Assembly (NCBI RefSeq): GCF_009834535.1
Contig: NC_045696.1
Location: 25,980,001 to 26,044,000 of the forward strand
Direction of reading: 5' to 3'
DNA from: Camelus ferus
Taxonomy: Eukaryota
DNA: 64,000 nt
This document shows, piece by piece, positions 37,776-51,819 of the stretch (its first letter is position 1; each line of letters starts with the position of its first letter). The translations under genes were made by a program, and so were the position numbers. The notes under the pieces are model-generated. The model saw only the letters and a program-made list of their open reading frames with translations. It had not been told where the DNA came from and did no database searches.

Positions 37776-40700
37776 CTTAATGCAAACAAGCAAGCAGAGA
37801 AAAACAAACTTCTAGCAATACCGTTTTATCATGATTTTGCAATTCCTCTCCTAGACACCATTTTTTATATGTTTTTTTAAAGATATTTTTCACATACCAT
37901 ACAATTCATCCTTTTAAAGTTTCAAACGTCATTTTGTATTTCATACCTGTTATAAAATCAGTATAATGTATTGTGTCTTCTTTGGCTCCGCTTAATACTC
38001 ATGGATTGAAGACCTATTGTTTTAACCTAGATAAAGAAAATAGGAAGAAAAGAGTGTTTCCCCACTTCAGTCCAATATCTCATATTTCTGCTAAATTCTT
38101 GGATAGCTAACTATTGGTATTCTTTCAGAATTTTTCTGATAATTCATCATTTCCTGTCTATTTTTTTTTTAATATTCACTATTCTGGTGTTCCCCTATGA
38201 CAGACATTTGAACTATTCCTAGAAGCACTTATTTATTTTTTTAGGCTTCTTGCTACTCCATTCCACCCTGTAAACTTACTGACAATTTAATTGTTCTAAA
38301 AAATTTACTTTCTGCATGACATTTTGCTCTTCTTAAAGCATATTGTCTGTCAGATTAACTTAAAAAGAAAGACAACCCTTCAGTGATTGACTTTCAATTC
38401 CTTACGTGATCTGATCCCATCTTATTTATGTGACTCTCACATTTCATAATTCCTATCAGGAAGTACCTCCTGTATGTAGACCAAACCCTCAAGCTCTCAC
38501 TTGTCAATGTTTATTTCTGACTCTGTGCCTTCTTGTTTAACCAGCTTACCTTCCATTTTCTTTCCCTCTTAAACATACTGCAAGAGGAAAATTACATAGT
38601 GGTTCTTTTATCAAACCTTACTCTCACACAAATCCAGATCATATTGATCCTTTCCTCCTTTGAAATCCCATTGAACTTACAGTTTTGTTTTTTTTTAACA
38701 TGATAATCATGGGCTTGGTAATCATTGGTCCCATATTTTTCCTCATGAATATTTTATTTGGGGATATCTTGACTCATAAATTTTCAGGTTCTTAAGAACA
38801 TGTTCTAGATATGATTTGGCTTGACAGTGTTCTCAGCATGATCTGATTAAAACAATAGATTTCATTTGTCTATGCTATGCTATATATAAATATCCAAGTA
38901 CATATACACATCACCTTGTTTGAAAAGGAAAAATATGTAAAACAATTTGTTTACACTTTGTAAACTTCACATGAAATACTGAATCAGAGATAGTAATCCA
39001 TATCTGAGTGGACTCTACAGGTGAAAAAATATGACAAGGTATATGGCACTATGGTTCTAATGTGAAGCTGTATCACTTGTTTTTAGGAAGTATAAAAAGC
39101 TAAATGGGGGAAGGAGGTAGAAGTGGCGGAAGTAAGTAGAATTTTTATCAATTCCAATATACATGGTTTTGTGATAAACTTAGATGTAATTTGGTTCTCA
39201 ATCAGGGTCAGATCTCAAATACCAGATACAGTGTGAACCTAGAAGTAATTATTTATTAATGCCTTGTTCAGTGGAGCATGATGATGAAAATGAGCAGTAG
39301 ACACATCTGTGAGCATTTGTTTTATCTTATTTTAATTTCTCTAAATGTAAAAATATGGATCATAATACGAAGCTGTCAGTGGCCCTGGAATATTTATCCT
39401 TTGCCATTTGCTTTTAAATATTAATAGCATGTATAATGAAGGTATTTTGACTAAAATGAAAATGAATATGAGAAGTTCATTGGCTTTAATGGTTTAGAAT
39501 CTGGAGTCTCCTTAATAGTTATCTGAAGAGTGGCTACTGTAGTTTAGCTGGGTGAACATGAGCTACGTAGATAATGTAGAGAATTCATTTCTCCAGGAGG
39601 TGAGGAAGTCAAAGAAGTTCTAAGCAAAAGAAATTCATGATCTCTTAACCTCTTAAAAAGTATTAAGATAAAATAACGTGAATACTGACTCATGGGAGAC
39701 ATGTTTGAAAACTTGACATTTTGCTTATAACAATTATGGTTACAGAATATATGTTTGAATTTGCAAGTATATTATTGTGATTATTGTAGCTTCTTTTCTA
39801 AAGGAGAAGAAGGAAAAGTAGTATGTTTTAGGGTATATACTTTTATACGGCATAGAGGTTAAAAGCTCTACGCTGCATTAAAAAATTTAGAGACACTAAT
39901 TTAAAATGTTATAAAACGTTGCTTAAACTTTATGTGTTTTGAAATATTCCCATGTTCTAAAAGTAGGCAAACTATAGAACCATGATGGATCTTTTAAAAT
40001 GAAATAGGACAAGGTGACACTTTTTCTGACTTCAGGGTATAATTTTCCTGCCTTGACTGCTCCTCAGCTGAATGAAATTATTGATGGACTGACCTGAAAA
40101 ACTATGGCATAAATTTGTGTTGTTTTAAGTGTTGATAGAAAGGATGACTTCTACATGAACAATAAACAACCTGACAACATTCTTCTTTCTAAATTACTAC
40201 TCTTTCAACATTCACAATATGGCAGCATGCTTGTCCATTTGTTTGTATGTACTCTGACTTTATTGCTGTTTGTTTCTTGAAAATTCTGAGGAAGAGTGGG
40301 TAGTGGTTCAGGACTTTTGGTATTTTGAGTTTCTGGGTAGCACTGTCACGCACTTAGCATGCTGTAGATAGTGATTGGAAAATACAGAAAGCTGTTGTTC
40401 AGGTCACCTAAACATTTCATTCCTGCTACTTAAATGTTATAGGGTAGAGAACATTAGCTCCTCTACAAGCTGCAGGCTCCCAGCCTGCTGCCATGTCAGG
40501 AAGCCAAAGAAATCAAAGAGCCACCTACTGACCCTCCCTATTGTCTGGGCTTGTCGTCTTCTATCAGTAGCGTGCCCCAATCAGCGCAATACACATGTAC
40601 CTCCTGCCTGCTCTGGGTTTGGCAGCCCCCTCATCCCTGCACCTGTTTGCTTATACATGAGCTGTGTGTGTTTGAATTTAAATAGATGCAGCGGGTGAAG

Positions 40701-41289
40701 CAAGGGGGGAAGGGCGATGCCTCTGTCAGAAGCAGTTCATTACTGCTTGCAGAAGAGCCAAAATCAGCTTGTAGGGAGATGGGGAGGCACGATCAGACAG
40801 TTTTGGTTGATAAAAGATGAGCTTTCTCTGTGGGAATGATCATTTTTTTCCTCCAAGAATTGAATAGGGAAGGTGTTTAGTTAAAACAAGGTTAATACTC
40901 ATTTTGATTATCTTATCAGTAAGCAGTATTCTTCAGTTACACAGAGAATTATAAATACGATGATGAAATTGTGTTACCTGGGATCCTTTCTAAAGTTACC
41001 TTGTCCTAAAAACTTCAAATAATTTCATTGCAAAAAGCAATTAGTCTAACATGTCAAGGAAATAATAAGAAATTCAGGCATGTATACAGGTGAAATTTTT
41101 AGTAAATTTATATCCTGTGGACTCATATCCATGCTATATGCAGTAAGCACCTGTTTATATTAAAAAAAGTTATTTACCTAATAAGAAACAGTACTGTTGG
41201 CTTTCTTTTTTAGCTTGTTTGCTGAAGTGTGGCTTATTTACATATAGTTTTCACTCTTTTTAACTAGCTGAGGCATCACATGTCCTATT

Positions 41290-41465
41290 TTCTAGTCTTT
41301 GAATCAGAAGACCGAGCCTAGTTGTTGCCTTTGGTATTTCTCAGTTCTGTGATCCTTGGGTGGCTTATTTAATCTGTCTGAAGCTCAGTATTTTCATCTG
41401 TAAAAAGGGAGAACTGGTGCCCACTTGAGAGGTGTTCGAAGGGTGAAAATTTAATAACACAATAG
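41290..41465 (+). mobile_element. MIR fragment
   Basis: 'ctttgaatcagaagacc...ctgtgatccttggg...tctgaagctcagtattttcatctgtaaaaaggga'. Confidence 0.7.
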
Positions 41466-44400
41466 TAGTGTTTTTTTCCAAATCATAATGTGTTAAATAA
41501 ATTAGGTTATATTAGGTAGTGTTATTTTTAATATTGATGTTATATAAAATTAGCCACCATCTCCATAAGATAAAATACTTACTTTACTAAATAAACTTTC
41601 TTTATGAGGACAGAGCACTTTCAAAAACAAGTCTGTAGCCATAGTAATAGAAGTTCCATAGAAATATTTCCTGTATGAAGCACAGTTTGGTATGTTAAAA
41701 TGTTTTTATGATGTATTTTTCTATTATACATAATTTACAAAACAATTCTAGCAAACCAAAGTGAAACCATTAACATAATATCATTGCTAATATCACACTT
41801 AACTCTAGTTTTATTGTGTCCAGAATTAGTGCAACAGTTATACAGACTGATAAATCCTTTTTCCTTTGGGTTTTTAATATTTAGTCTAACAAGAAAAGAT
41901 GAAATAACTTGAGAGAATCTGACATTTAAAATGCACACTTCTTCCCTCCCACACACTTACATCCCTAAAAGTTATAAAAGATCTGTTGAATTTGGGAAAT
42001 ACCTTGAAAGACTTAAAGCTGTCAGTATTTCACTACCCCATGTGGTTTGAGCAAATGAGCAGCCTTGAACTTTGCACACAGAGTTACAGGGTCTGGGCAG
42101 AAGGCAGTGCATCTGCAGGTCCTTGCATGACTAATTTCCTGTCAGCAAGTGATTTTATTATCATTTAAATAAGAATTTATAATAATAGCAGTAAACTTGC
42201 CAGATGGCTGAATTAGTAAACTTTAAAGAATATAGGTTTAAAACACTTTTGTTCTTCCTCCTTTAATGCTTTCCCCCCACTCCTCACCCCGTTGCAATCA
42301 ACTATTTTAGTTACCACTTTTGATTTAGTCACTTTCATCATTCCTATTGATTAAAAGGATTTTAATAACACAAGATTGCATTGCCTGTTTTAGCAGAGGA
42401 CATAGTGTGATTCACTGCTCGTTGTCTACACTGGATATGGGTGAAACACAAGTATGAGTAGATATATCCCTGTGCCTTCTGGTAACATCTGCATGAAAAC
42501 TGTTTCTATCTTTACTCACCCAACGTTTAACAGAAAAGAAAAAAGCTATCTGAATTTCTTATTTCTTATTCCTCATACGTAAGTGAAATAATATACAAAA
42601 GAATTACTGTGTATTCATTTCTTGTATTCTTTGCCCTTAGTAAAAGCATTTTTAATGCAGCATTAAGTGAAGATAATCTTAAGAAGAGATTACTGATATT
42701 GCAGCTTTCACAACTTTTCCTAGAGAGTGCAGACACAAAATAATTCATATTAGATGAGATCTTACAAATATTAAATCTCATTATGTCAAATGCCATTAAA
42801 TATGAAACAAAATATTGACTATTTCATAGAATAGTGTACGGTTAACAAATAAATTTAATGTAACATTTAAACTACCAATTTAGCTTAATTAAAATATATA
42901 ATTTCTTCCTCCTGACTAAATAAAAGTAAAAAAGCATGTACTTCATCCTCTCCCACAGAGATTTTTTAACAGAATGCCTGAGAAAGTTGGGTGTTGGAGT
43001 TATAGTTACTTAACAGTGGTTCTGCTGATTCCTTTTGTCTGGTGTTAAGATCACTACTAACCAAAGTACATTAATTTAAAGCTTGGAGATACAGTGAATT
43101 CTAATGATATTTTGCAAACATATGTACATAGATAGTAATATTTAAGGTAGACCAGCGACCCTGGCTGGGGAATTAGTATCTACACATGCCCTCACTAGGG
43201 TTTTTTAGTAGCTATATTCATGCTCAGAAAATTCAACTTGCAACCTATAAGCATACATTTTTGTCCAGAGCTGAGTACTCGTCACAGGAGGCTTATATTC
43301 CCACAGGTCATGATTGGCTTATAGGAGATTTAGATACTTTTGTTGGCACTAGTCAGCTTCAGACATCCCGCTCTTCCAACTCACAGCTTTAACTTCCTCA
43401 CCTACCAAGGTCTGTGTTGGCTGCCCGAAAAGCAAACTGTTGAACAACATCTTTAAGGAGAATAGATTGTTGATTTGGTTCTATTCAGTCTTGTCCAGTT
43501 GTGATCTGTATTAAATATTTTGGTGTTTAGGCCTTATTTCTATTTTGCTTTTTTCCCTGCTTTTGTCAATTAGTGCTCTGGTTCTCATTTGCTTTTTCTC
43601 TAAATTCTGCATATTTGCTTCTTAATTGTGTACTGTTTAGGCAGGGTTATAGCTAATTTGTGAAATAACAGGAAAATTGATGAAGAAACCAAAGCAAAAG
43701 AAAATGCTTCCTCATGAAAATGTCACACTTGGATGATTTTTTATTTTTTTCCTTTCAGTGGAAATATAATTATATCATTGTTTAAGTAATGTGAAACAAA
43801 AATTAGATGTGGAGGAATACTCTAAATAGGGAACCATAACGTTCTTTCAAAATGAAGAATTTAACTAAACCACTCTAAACTCCCCTGCTGGGCTCAGGCA
43901 AGCTGAAATTAATTCAAGACGGCAGATAAAATTTTTAACCAGGCCGAGTGGAGATGACGGATGTGACAGCTCTCAGTTAAAATGTCTTTTAGTGGTAAAT
44001 GCGTGCGTATTAGTCAAGAGATGTGACATAACTGTCCCGGGTGAGAGAAAATGAACCAATGACCATTTACATTGAGAACAAAAGAAAAATTCTTTGTAGT
44101 AGTATGTGAAGGACAGATGAGTAACTTGTCATATTTGAGGTCATTTTTTTTTTTGGTCATCTTTTTACTTTAAAAAAAAAAGCCTTTGAAAGTTAAGAGG
44201 AACATTTTTTCTCAAGCTGTGGTTCTTTTCTTTCTTGTTTATGTATCAGAAAAGAGACGATTGTTGAATAAAATGTTTATAGCTAGGAAAGGTGGGTTAT
44301 CCCCCACTTCCTTTTCTGCAGAGACCAAGAAAAAAGTCTCTGTAGATAATCATACTTCAAAGCCAAGCTGGAAAAGCCTTATAAATTATAAACAAGATTT

Positions 44401-45199
44401 GGCTATATCCATGGAATCCTGAAATGAGGTTTTATTTTTGTTTGTTTGGTTTTTATTTAATTTTTTTCGCATAAGGGCACTAGCTCCTCACCCTTCCACT
44501 TCCCAAAGATGGTTTATTACAAAACAATGCCATCAAAACAAGAATGGCTCTGATTCTATGTCAGGATGTTATAGGGAATGAAAATTATTTGGAAACTATG
44601 GTTGGAAGGATTTGACCATGTGAATGTCAAGTTTAATTAACTTTAGAAACAGATGCTTTCAAGACATAGTAGTTACCAGTTAGAGCTGCAAGCGCAATTG
44701 AGTTTTTAACAGTATACAGTTTATTTTTCCAATTAAAATCAAATTTCATTGTCATAATTTTATTATTAGAAGATGTGACACTCCAAACTTTAAAAGCGAG
44801 CCTCAGATATGAAGAGAACTTACCATCTTTCTATCAAAAAAAAAAAAAAAAAAACTAGTTGTAGTTTAAGTCTCTAGACAGAAAGTATATCTTTATATAT
44901 GAAATTTCCAATCTGGAAGTTAGTTCTTATTTCCTTTAATAATGTATTACCCTCAAAAGTATATATAAGAACATAAAAAAATTATTACAACAGTACATGA
45001 GCCAAAGTAGAATTATGTATACAAATGTTCAATGAAGTTGAGTGGGTTAAGAACATGGCACAGAAATAAAATAGTAATTTATCTGGGCCTTCAGGGATAA
45101 ATAAGAATTCTCCATCAAAAGAAGATTGTTTTTATTCCAACTGAGGTAAATAGAGAAATAAGTTTTTGTTTTTTTTTTTTTAACATCTCTGGTACTTCT

Positions 45200-46100
45200 T
45201 CCAACCTATTTGTGCTTCCTGAACTATTTCATCCATATACTTGACTTTAATTATAACCTGTATGCCAATTACCTCCAAGTTTATGTCTCTGAGACAGGTC
45301 ATTCTGCTAAGCTGCAGATCCGTATTTCCAACTGTATACTTGACAACTATTCTTAAATGTCTCATGGGCACTTCAAACTCAGAAAGTCTAAGATGTTAAT
45401 GATGATGTCTCTCAACATCCAAAAGGGCCCTCTTCAAGTACTCTGGCCCAAGGAAGGACATCCATTTACTTGTGCCTCTTTTACTCTTTTCCTCTCTTAA
45501 CCCCCAAATCCAATCCAGAACCAAGTCCTATGGATTTTACCTCGTAGAAATCTCTCATATGATCCCACTTCTCTCATTTCCATCAAACAGCCATCATATC
45601 TCACCTGGGCTACTATAATTTCTAATTCGTGTTTCTCTTTATTATATTCTAAACAACCTATTAAAATGAAATCTAGATAAATACCTTCAGTTGTTTCTTA
45701 TTGTTTAAAAGGACTTTCGTTGGCTGATTCCTGTCTGTTTTCTCCTTATTATACTTTCTCTGTATGGTTCAGTCTCATATTTTAAGTTTTATAAATTCAT
45801 CAAGCTATGTCTTTTGTTTGTAACAATTTTTCAATTCCATAGACACATATGTAACTTCTACTCATCTTTCATATGTCAGCTCTAAGTCACTCCAGGGATA
45901 CCTACGTTAACCATGTCCCTGTTTCCCATCAGTCTAAAGTAAGTCCCATATCATTCCCACTCAATGCAGCATATCTTCCTCTCTTCATCAACTTTAATAG
46001 TAGGAAATGTTTGTATATTACTGGCATTAGTTGTTTAATGTGTGACCTGCTTATTAGAATACCTTTTCCAAGTGTGTCAGGATAGTATTATATACCTGCA
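45200..46100 (+). mobile_element. L2 LINE fragment (degenerate RT region to 3' end)
   Basis: 'tatgccaattacctccaagtttat' (YADD remnant), 'tccaactgtatacttgaca', 'ggcacttcaaactca', 'catcatatctcacctgggctactataa'. Confidence 0.75.
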
Positions 46101-47217
46101 ATATGAGGGGTCATTTATTTCTTTCAGTAAAATTGATTAGTGAATATACTTCATACATGTGTAATCATTAAGATGCACATAAACTTAAAATTATTATTTT
46201 TAGTTTTCTGTTAAAAGTTAACTTTGGTGCTGACTTTAGTAGTAACAATGTTTTATATTTATGTGTTTAAGTATAATATCACTTAGTTCAATGAGTGTCT
46301 TTCAGAAGTCCAAAATCTTAAAGAAAATGAAAAAAATGGAAGGTGAATTAAAGTTCTTACTACCTTTGTGTATTATCTGTCTGCTTTTTCATTCTGGCCC
46401 ATTTTGACGTTAAGAGTGCGATTAGTTACAACCTCAAGGTTTCATTCATCCACTTTGCCAGAAAGAGTGCCTTGTGAATCTTCTCTTTTGGATGTCTGGC
46501 ATAATTTTATGTGGACAACTATCTGTCAACATACACTGTTTTGACAGATCACACTTTGATTTGCTGTTCAGCTTGTCTTTGACTACATTTGTGATAATGC
46601 TCAAGTATTTCTATTTTATGCTTAGTTACGAATATAAATACTCAGTGCATCTTAGATTAGCAAAAAAGACTTTATTTTCCATGCTCAGCTCAGTACTTTC
46701 TTTTATGTCTTGCTTTAAAATTTGTATTTACAAGTGACATATTTAGATGAGGATGAATAAATTAAGCAATACATATTGGGCCTTTCCATAGTTCATATAC
46801 ATAAAATTTATCATTTACCATGAATATCTTTTTGATTTTCATGGAACTCTCCCATTTAGGTTCTGTCCTTTAGATTTCTTTTGCCATTGACTTTGCTACG
46901 CTCTAGTATACATATTGCTTTCTAGCACTGTAACATCAGCAAAATACTCAATTATATTACATTATTTGAACATGTGCATTTCATATAATTTTCTTCTGCT
47001 CTGCTTTTGGTAGCACTTCTTAGAATCACTGTACAACAATATTTTGGGTATATTCCTGTTATTTATCCACTGTATTCAGTCAGCAGAGTACTTTTGTGCT
47101 ACAACTATGGCCTGCCTGTTTACAACTGATGACAAGTAAGAACCTTCTTAATACTGATATTGGCCTTTAAGTTTCAGGAACACAGTTTTCTGATGATACT
47201 GAGAAGATACACTAGGT

Positions 47218-47525
47218 TGGCTCTGTCTGAGAAATATAATGTAAGTCGCATAAGTGATGTGAAGTTGTCTAGGAGCCTTATTAAAAAGGTAAAAAGAAAC
47301 AGGTGAAATTAATTTAGTATTATATTTAATACAATATACAAATTTTTATCAATATGTAATCAGTATAAATATTATTAATGAGATACCGCAGATTCTTTTT
47401 TTCATGCTGAGTCTTTGTGATCCAGTGCTTACATTACACCTGCAAGACATATTAATTCAAACTGCTCCTCTTTGAATGCTCAATAACCACACGTGGCTGG
47501 TGGCTACCATACTGGACAGTGCCAT
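47218..47525 (-). mobile_element. MER33-like hAT-Charlie MITE
   Basis: 'gtaaaaagaaacaggtgaaattaattt', 'attattaatgagata', 'tgctcaataaccacacgtggctggtggctaccatactggacagtgc'. Confidence 0.85.
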
Positions 47526-47532
47526 GCTAGGA

Positions 47533-47698
47533 GCTTGCTACTCAATTGTGCCAGTAAAACAAGCAGCATCCACATCACCTGTGAGCATGTTACAGGTGCA
47601 GAATATTAGACCCTACCCCAGACCTACTAGATCGGAATCTTAATTTTAACAGGATCCTCAGGTAATTGGAGGCATATTGAAGATGAAAGGCATTGCTT
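47533..47698. mobile_element. MER5A-like hAT-Charlie MITE
   Basis: 'cagcatccacatcacctgtgagcatgtta...tgcagaat...ccccagacctact...gaatct..attttaacaggatcctcaggt'. Confidence 0.8.
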
Positions 47699-47784
47699 TA
47701 GAATTGATGTGACAATTCTAATTTCTCAAATGTCTAGAAAATTGGTATTAGTATTACTCTTTATGTCATGGATTACTTTATATC

Positions 47785-50075
47785 TCAGCTTTACTGAGAT
47801 ATAATTCACATACCATAACATTCAGCCTTTTAAAGTGTACAATTCAATTTTTTAAAAATACTTTCACAGTTTTGCAACCATTACTGCTTTCTTATTTTAG
47901 AATATTTTCCTCACCTCAGAAAGAAAACCTGTACTGATTAGCTATCACAGCCTATTCCCTTCTGGCCCCAGCCATTGGCAACCACTAATCTGTCTTTTGT
48001 ATGTATGAATTTTTCAGTTCTAGACATTTCATATAAATGGAATCATACAATGTGTAATATATTGGCCTTTTTGGTCTGTCTTCTTTCACTTAGCAAGATG
48101 TTTTTGAGGTTCCTCCGTATTGTAACATGCATCAATATGTATTTTATGACTAAATAATATTCCATCGCATGGATATTTATTACATTTTGTTTATCCATTC
48201 ATCAGCTGGTGGAAATTTGAGTTGTTTTACCTCTTGGCTATTCTGAATAATGCCGTACTAACAAGTGTAGACAGGTTTTTGTTTGGACATACATTTCAGG
48301 TTCTGTTGGGTAAATATCTAGGAGTTGAATTACTGGGTCATATATGACCCATGTTTAATTTTTGAGGAAAAATTACAAAGTAATTTTTTTACTGTTTTAT
48401 AAGTACCTGTACCATTATACACCACCACCAACAATTTATGAGGGTTCCAGTTTCTCCACATCCTTGTCAAAATGTCATTGTCTGTCATTTTGATGCTAGT
48501 CATCCTAGTAGGTATAAGTGATATCTCATTTGGTTTTCATTTGTATTTCCTAATAGCTAAATATGTTGAACACCTTTTCACATTTTTGTCAAAAATTTGT
48601 GTATCTTCTTTGGAGAAATGTCCCCTCAAATATTTTGCCAAAATTTTAATTGAATTATATATCTTTTTATTGTTGAATTTTAAGACTTCTTTATATATTC
48701 TGGATTAAAGTTTATTATAACATATTTGATTTGCAAATATTTTCTCCCACTCTGTTCATTGATTTTTAACTTTATTCAAGGAATTGTTTGAGGCACAAAA
48801 GTTTTAAATTTGAAGACTTTATCTATCTATCTATCTATCTATCTATCCATCCATCTATCTATCTGTCAATCAGTCATGTATTCTCTTGTGCTCTTGGTAT
48901 CAGATAAAGAAACCATTGCCAAATCCAAGTCAAGAAGATTTAGTGTTTTATTGTTTTAGCTCTTCCATTAAGGTGGAATTAATTTTAGCTAATTTTTGCA
49001 TGGTGTGAGATAGGGGGCCAACTACATTTATTTATAAGTAGACATTCAGTTGTAAAGAAACTATTTGTTGAAAAATGATTCTTTCTCCCATTGAATTGTC
49101 TTTGTATCATTGTCCAATAGCAAATAAACGTTAATGTAAGTGTTCACTTCTGGAATCTCTGTTATATTCCATTGATCCCCATATCCTCATCCCAGGACTG
49201 CACTCACTTTATTACTGTAGCCTTGTTAAAAGTTCTGAAATTGGGAAGTCTGAGTCCTCTAGCTTTATTCTTCTTTTTCTAGATTGTTTTGGCAATATTG
49301 GGTCCCTTGTAATTCGATATGCATTTTAGGATCAGGTTGCCAATTTCTACAAAAAAAAAACACAACTTGGAATTTTATAGGGATTTTGTTGAATCTGTAG
49401 GTCAATTTCTGGAGTATTGCCATCTTAAAAATACTGTCTTCCCATGCATAAATATGCAGTATATTTCCATTTATTTAGTTTTTCCCTGTAGGCTGTTTTT
49501 TTGTTTGTTTGTTTGTTTTTTTACATTAAGAGATATAAGATTCACATTTTTTTTTCTGCAACCATCTTTTGGAATGATTATGTGGTCAGTATTCACTTTT
49601 CTGTTAATTGGGATATTACATTGATTACTTTTCATATGTTAAACCAACCTTGCATTCCTGGAATAAATTTCACTGGATCATGTGGTATAATCTTTTTATG
49701 TGTTGCTAGATTCAGTTTGCTAATATTCTGTTAAGGATTTTTGCATCTATATTTATAAGAGATATTGGTCTGCAGTATTCTTTTCTTAGGATATCTTTGT
49801 CTAGTTTGGTATCATAATAATACTGATCCCTTAAATAAACTGAAAAATGTGTCTCCCTCTTGAGTTTGTGAAAATGGGTGTGAAATTTCCTTTTAATATT
49901 TGGTAGAATTCTCCAGTGAAATTATTTAGGTCCTAGTTTTTCTTTGTGGGGAGTTTTTGTGGTTATAAATTCATTCTCATTGCTTGTTGCATGTCTATTC
50001 AGATGTTTTATTTCTTCTGGAGTCAGGTTCAGTGGGTTGCATCCTTCTAAAAATATGTTCATATTTATTTCATGA
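47785..50075 (-). mobile_element. Ancient L1 (L1MB-like), 3' UTR plus degenerate ORF2 with internal deletions
   Basis: 'cagctttactgagatataattcacatacca...aagtgtacaattca', 'agggttccagtttctccacatccttg', 'tctttggagaaatgtc', 'accaaccttgcattcctggaataaat'. Confidence 0.88.
48820..48864. repeat. (TATC)n/(TCCA)n microsatellite inside the L1
   Basis: Directly visible. Confidence 0.9.
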
Positions 50076-50489
50076 ATGTAATGTGGTTATTACGTGAATT
50101 GAGGAAGTCAAACACTTTTCCTTCACCACTAGTACTTGTAATATGCAACCTACATGATTCCCTGTGGTTAGCATTGTAAAACTACAACCAGAATGAGTCT
50201 TGGGAAGTGAATAGTTTGTGACATTTAATACTTCTTTATGAATTTTCAAGCAGTGAAAATGAAACAAGATCTTTTCTTTATCTGTAGTTGACTTCCTACT
50301 CTTCTATCATATGCACAGAACATTTAAATAACTAGGGAAAACTAGACAGGAAAAGGACAGTGGCAGTAGTAAAGTAATGAATGTATTTAGCTCCCCTTCT
50401 CCTCAATTTAATGACATATAACAACACATAAAAGATGAGATCTGCATTTTCATGGTACAGATCACATCTAGGTTAAATCCATGTACTAC

Positions 50490-50810
50490 ATTTTGGAAGA
50501 AATTTGATCACGATTTAATCCAACCTTCTACCCAAATGATTCTTTTACATTTTTATTTTTTTAATGTCATGGTAGCGCTTCACCCTTCTCTTGAATACTT
50601 AAACTCACAAGGTAATAATAACGTCTAATAAAATAATCTGTTTTATTATTAGAAATGTCTAGTACTTAGGAGAACATTATTTTAAACAGAAAACTGCCTC
50701 CTAAGCTATGCACATTTGATTTTGGTTCTGGTTCTGTCAACATGAACAATATGGAACAATTTACTTCATCTATTTGACAGCCCTTCAAGTGTCAAAAGGC
50801 AACAAAACAT
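50490..50810 (-). mobile_element. L3/CR1 LINE 3' fragment
   Basis: 'tttaatccaacc', 'ctcttgaatact', 'aaaactgcctcc', 'tgacagcccttcaagt' occur in the order expected for antisense L3. Confidence 0.55.
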
Positions 50811-51083
50811 TTCCTTCTCAGTAGGTTTGAAACAGAAATATGATGTATCAAACTTAAAAAAAAATTCTTAGAACATAATCTAATTTTAAATTCCCTAATG
50901 AATTTTCTCTTGACACAATGTGTATATTTAAAGTATCTCCCACCATTTTCTAAACATGTTTTTCTTTTTTGATCTTGTTTTTATAAGACATAAAAGAAAT
51001 CATTAAGAAACAGTAAATATGTACAGAGAAAAAGCAGGTAATGACATGTGTTTCTGTAAGTTAAAATAGAAGAGGGATTTGCC

Positions 51084-51171
51084 TAGCAAAATATCTCCTC
51101 AAAGTGTTTGTTTTAAAATCGCCTGTTTAGCAAAATGTCTCCTCAAAGTGTTTGTTTTAAAATTGCTTGTT
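51084..51171. repeat. 44-bp tandem duplication (2 copies, 3 mismatches)
   Basis: tagcaaaatatctcctcaaagtgtttgttttaaaatcgcctgtt / tagcaaaatgtctcctcaaagtgtttgttttaaaattgcttgtt. Confidence 0.95.
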
Positions 51172-51236
51172 TTGGGGAAAATGAAGGAGATTACTGGACA
51201 TATGGTCAGAGCTCAATAAATATTGAATGACTTTGC

Positions 51237-51720
51237 TATGGAAGGCAGAATAATGGCCATCAACTATGACCATGTCCTAATCCCTTGAAATTGTGAATAT
51301 ATTAGATTACATGGCAAAAGGGGAATTAAGTTTGCAGATAGAATTAAGTTTGCTGATTAAGCTGATTTTAAGATAGGGGATTATCTTGAGTTTTCCAGGT
51401 GGGCTCAGTGTAATCACAGGGTCTGTAAGGTGGAAGAGGGAGGCAGAAGAAGGAATTGTAGTCACATAATGGGAGGACTTGACTTTGCTAGCTTTGAAGA
51501 CGGATGAAAGGGACCTGTAGCCATGAAATACAGATGGCCTTTAGAAGCTGGGAAAGGCAAGGGAATATATCCTCCCAAAGAGACTCCAGAATCTCTGCTA
51601 GCACCTTTATTTTAGCCCAATGAGACCTGTGTCCATCTTACAGATCTCTAAGATAATAAATTTGTGTTAAGGCAGTAAATTCATGTTAATTTGTTATAGT
51701 CACAGTAGGAAGCTAACACA
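51237..51720 (+). mobile_element. MaLR solo LTR, MLT1D-like
   Basis: 'tatggaaggcagaataatggcc...tgtcctaatccc...ttacatggcaaaaggg', 'tagaagctgggaaaggcaaggg', 'aagataataaatttgtg'; ends 'ggaagctaacaca'. Confidence 0.88.
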
Positions 51721-51819
51721 GATGTTAAGTTTTTGTTTTTTGTTTTTTTTAGTGAAAAACTGACACACTCTGATCTGGATTCAGGGCTAATGACTCTACT
51801 AAACTGTTCTTGTGCAAAT

